The translations under genes and the position numbers were made by a program. The notes beneath the pieces are model-generated. The model searched no databases, was not told the DNA's origin, and saw nothing but the letters and a program-made list of their open reading frames with translations. Of a DNA stretch of 64,000 bases, positions 63,981 through 64,000 are shown piece by piece. Each line of letters begins with the position of its first letter. The first letter of the stretch is position 1. Source of the stretch: Cenococcum geophilum (Eukaryota); the NCBI GenBank assembly GCA_050273025.1, contig CP158635.1:18724001-18788000 (forward strand). The letters run 5' to 3'.

Positions 63981-64000
63981 GCCAGGTGCGCGATGCGTCA

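Noticed and set aside
1..64000. tRNA, rRNA, snRNA genes and CRISPR arrays
   Set aside because: None recognised by eye. A tRNAscan-SE/Infernal run would be needed to exclude small RNAs.

Overview
Intron-containing genomic DNA from a filamentous ascomycete with active RIP (repeat-induced point mutation); the gene set suggests Pezizomycotina, possibly Dothideomycetes (inference). The window opens with about 3.5 kb of heavily RIP-mutated transposon DNA in which a RecQ-type helicase can still be read. Next comes a heme-thiolate peroxygenase pseudogene interrupted by a hAT element. A conserved block follows: TSC1/hamartin, a GDSL esterase, TAP42 and Dicer-like DCL1. After DCL1 lies an accessory-looking interval with a co-oriented, apparently intact two-gene cassette: a CorA-like 2-TM protein lacking the GMN signature, and a kinase-vWA fusion whose catalytic Asp is replaced by Asn. 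This cassette is the best candidate for an undescribed conflict or immunity-type system. Further right are a conserved microprotein, a DUF4202 gene, a MULE/WRKY-like plus C2H2 zinc-finger gene, a divergent pair of Zn2Cys6 factors, VPS9 and an ASNSD1-like gene. The remainder holds two adjacent hAT MITEs (one a long fold-back), a PhyH dioxygenase, an FAD oxidoreductase, a pseudogenised HET-domain gene with a C-terminal membrane segment, a small Cys-rich ORF and a HAK/KUP K+ transporter. No rRNA, tRNA or CRISPR array was recognised. Exon boundaries were read by eye and are approximate.
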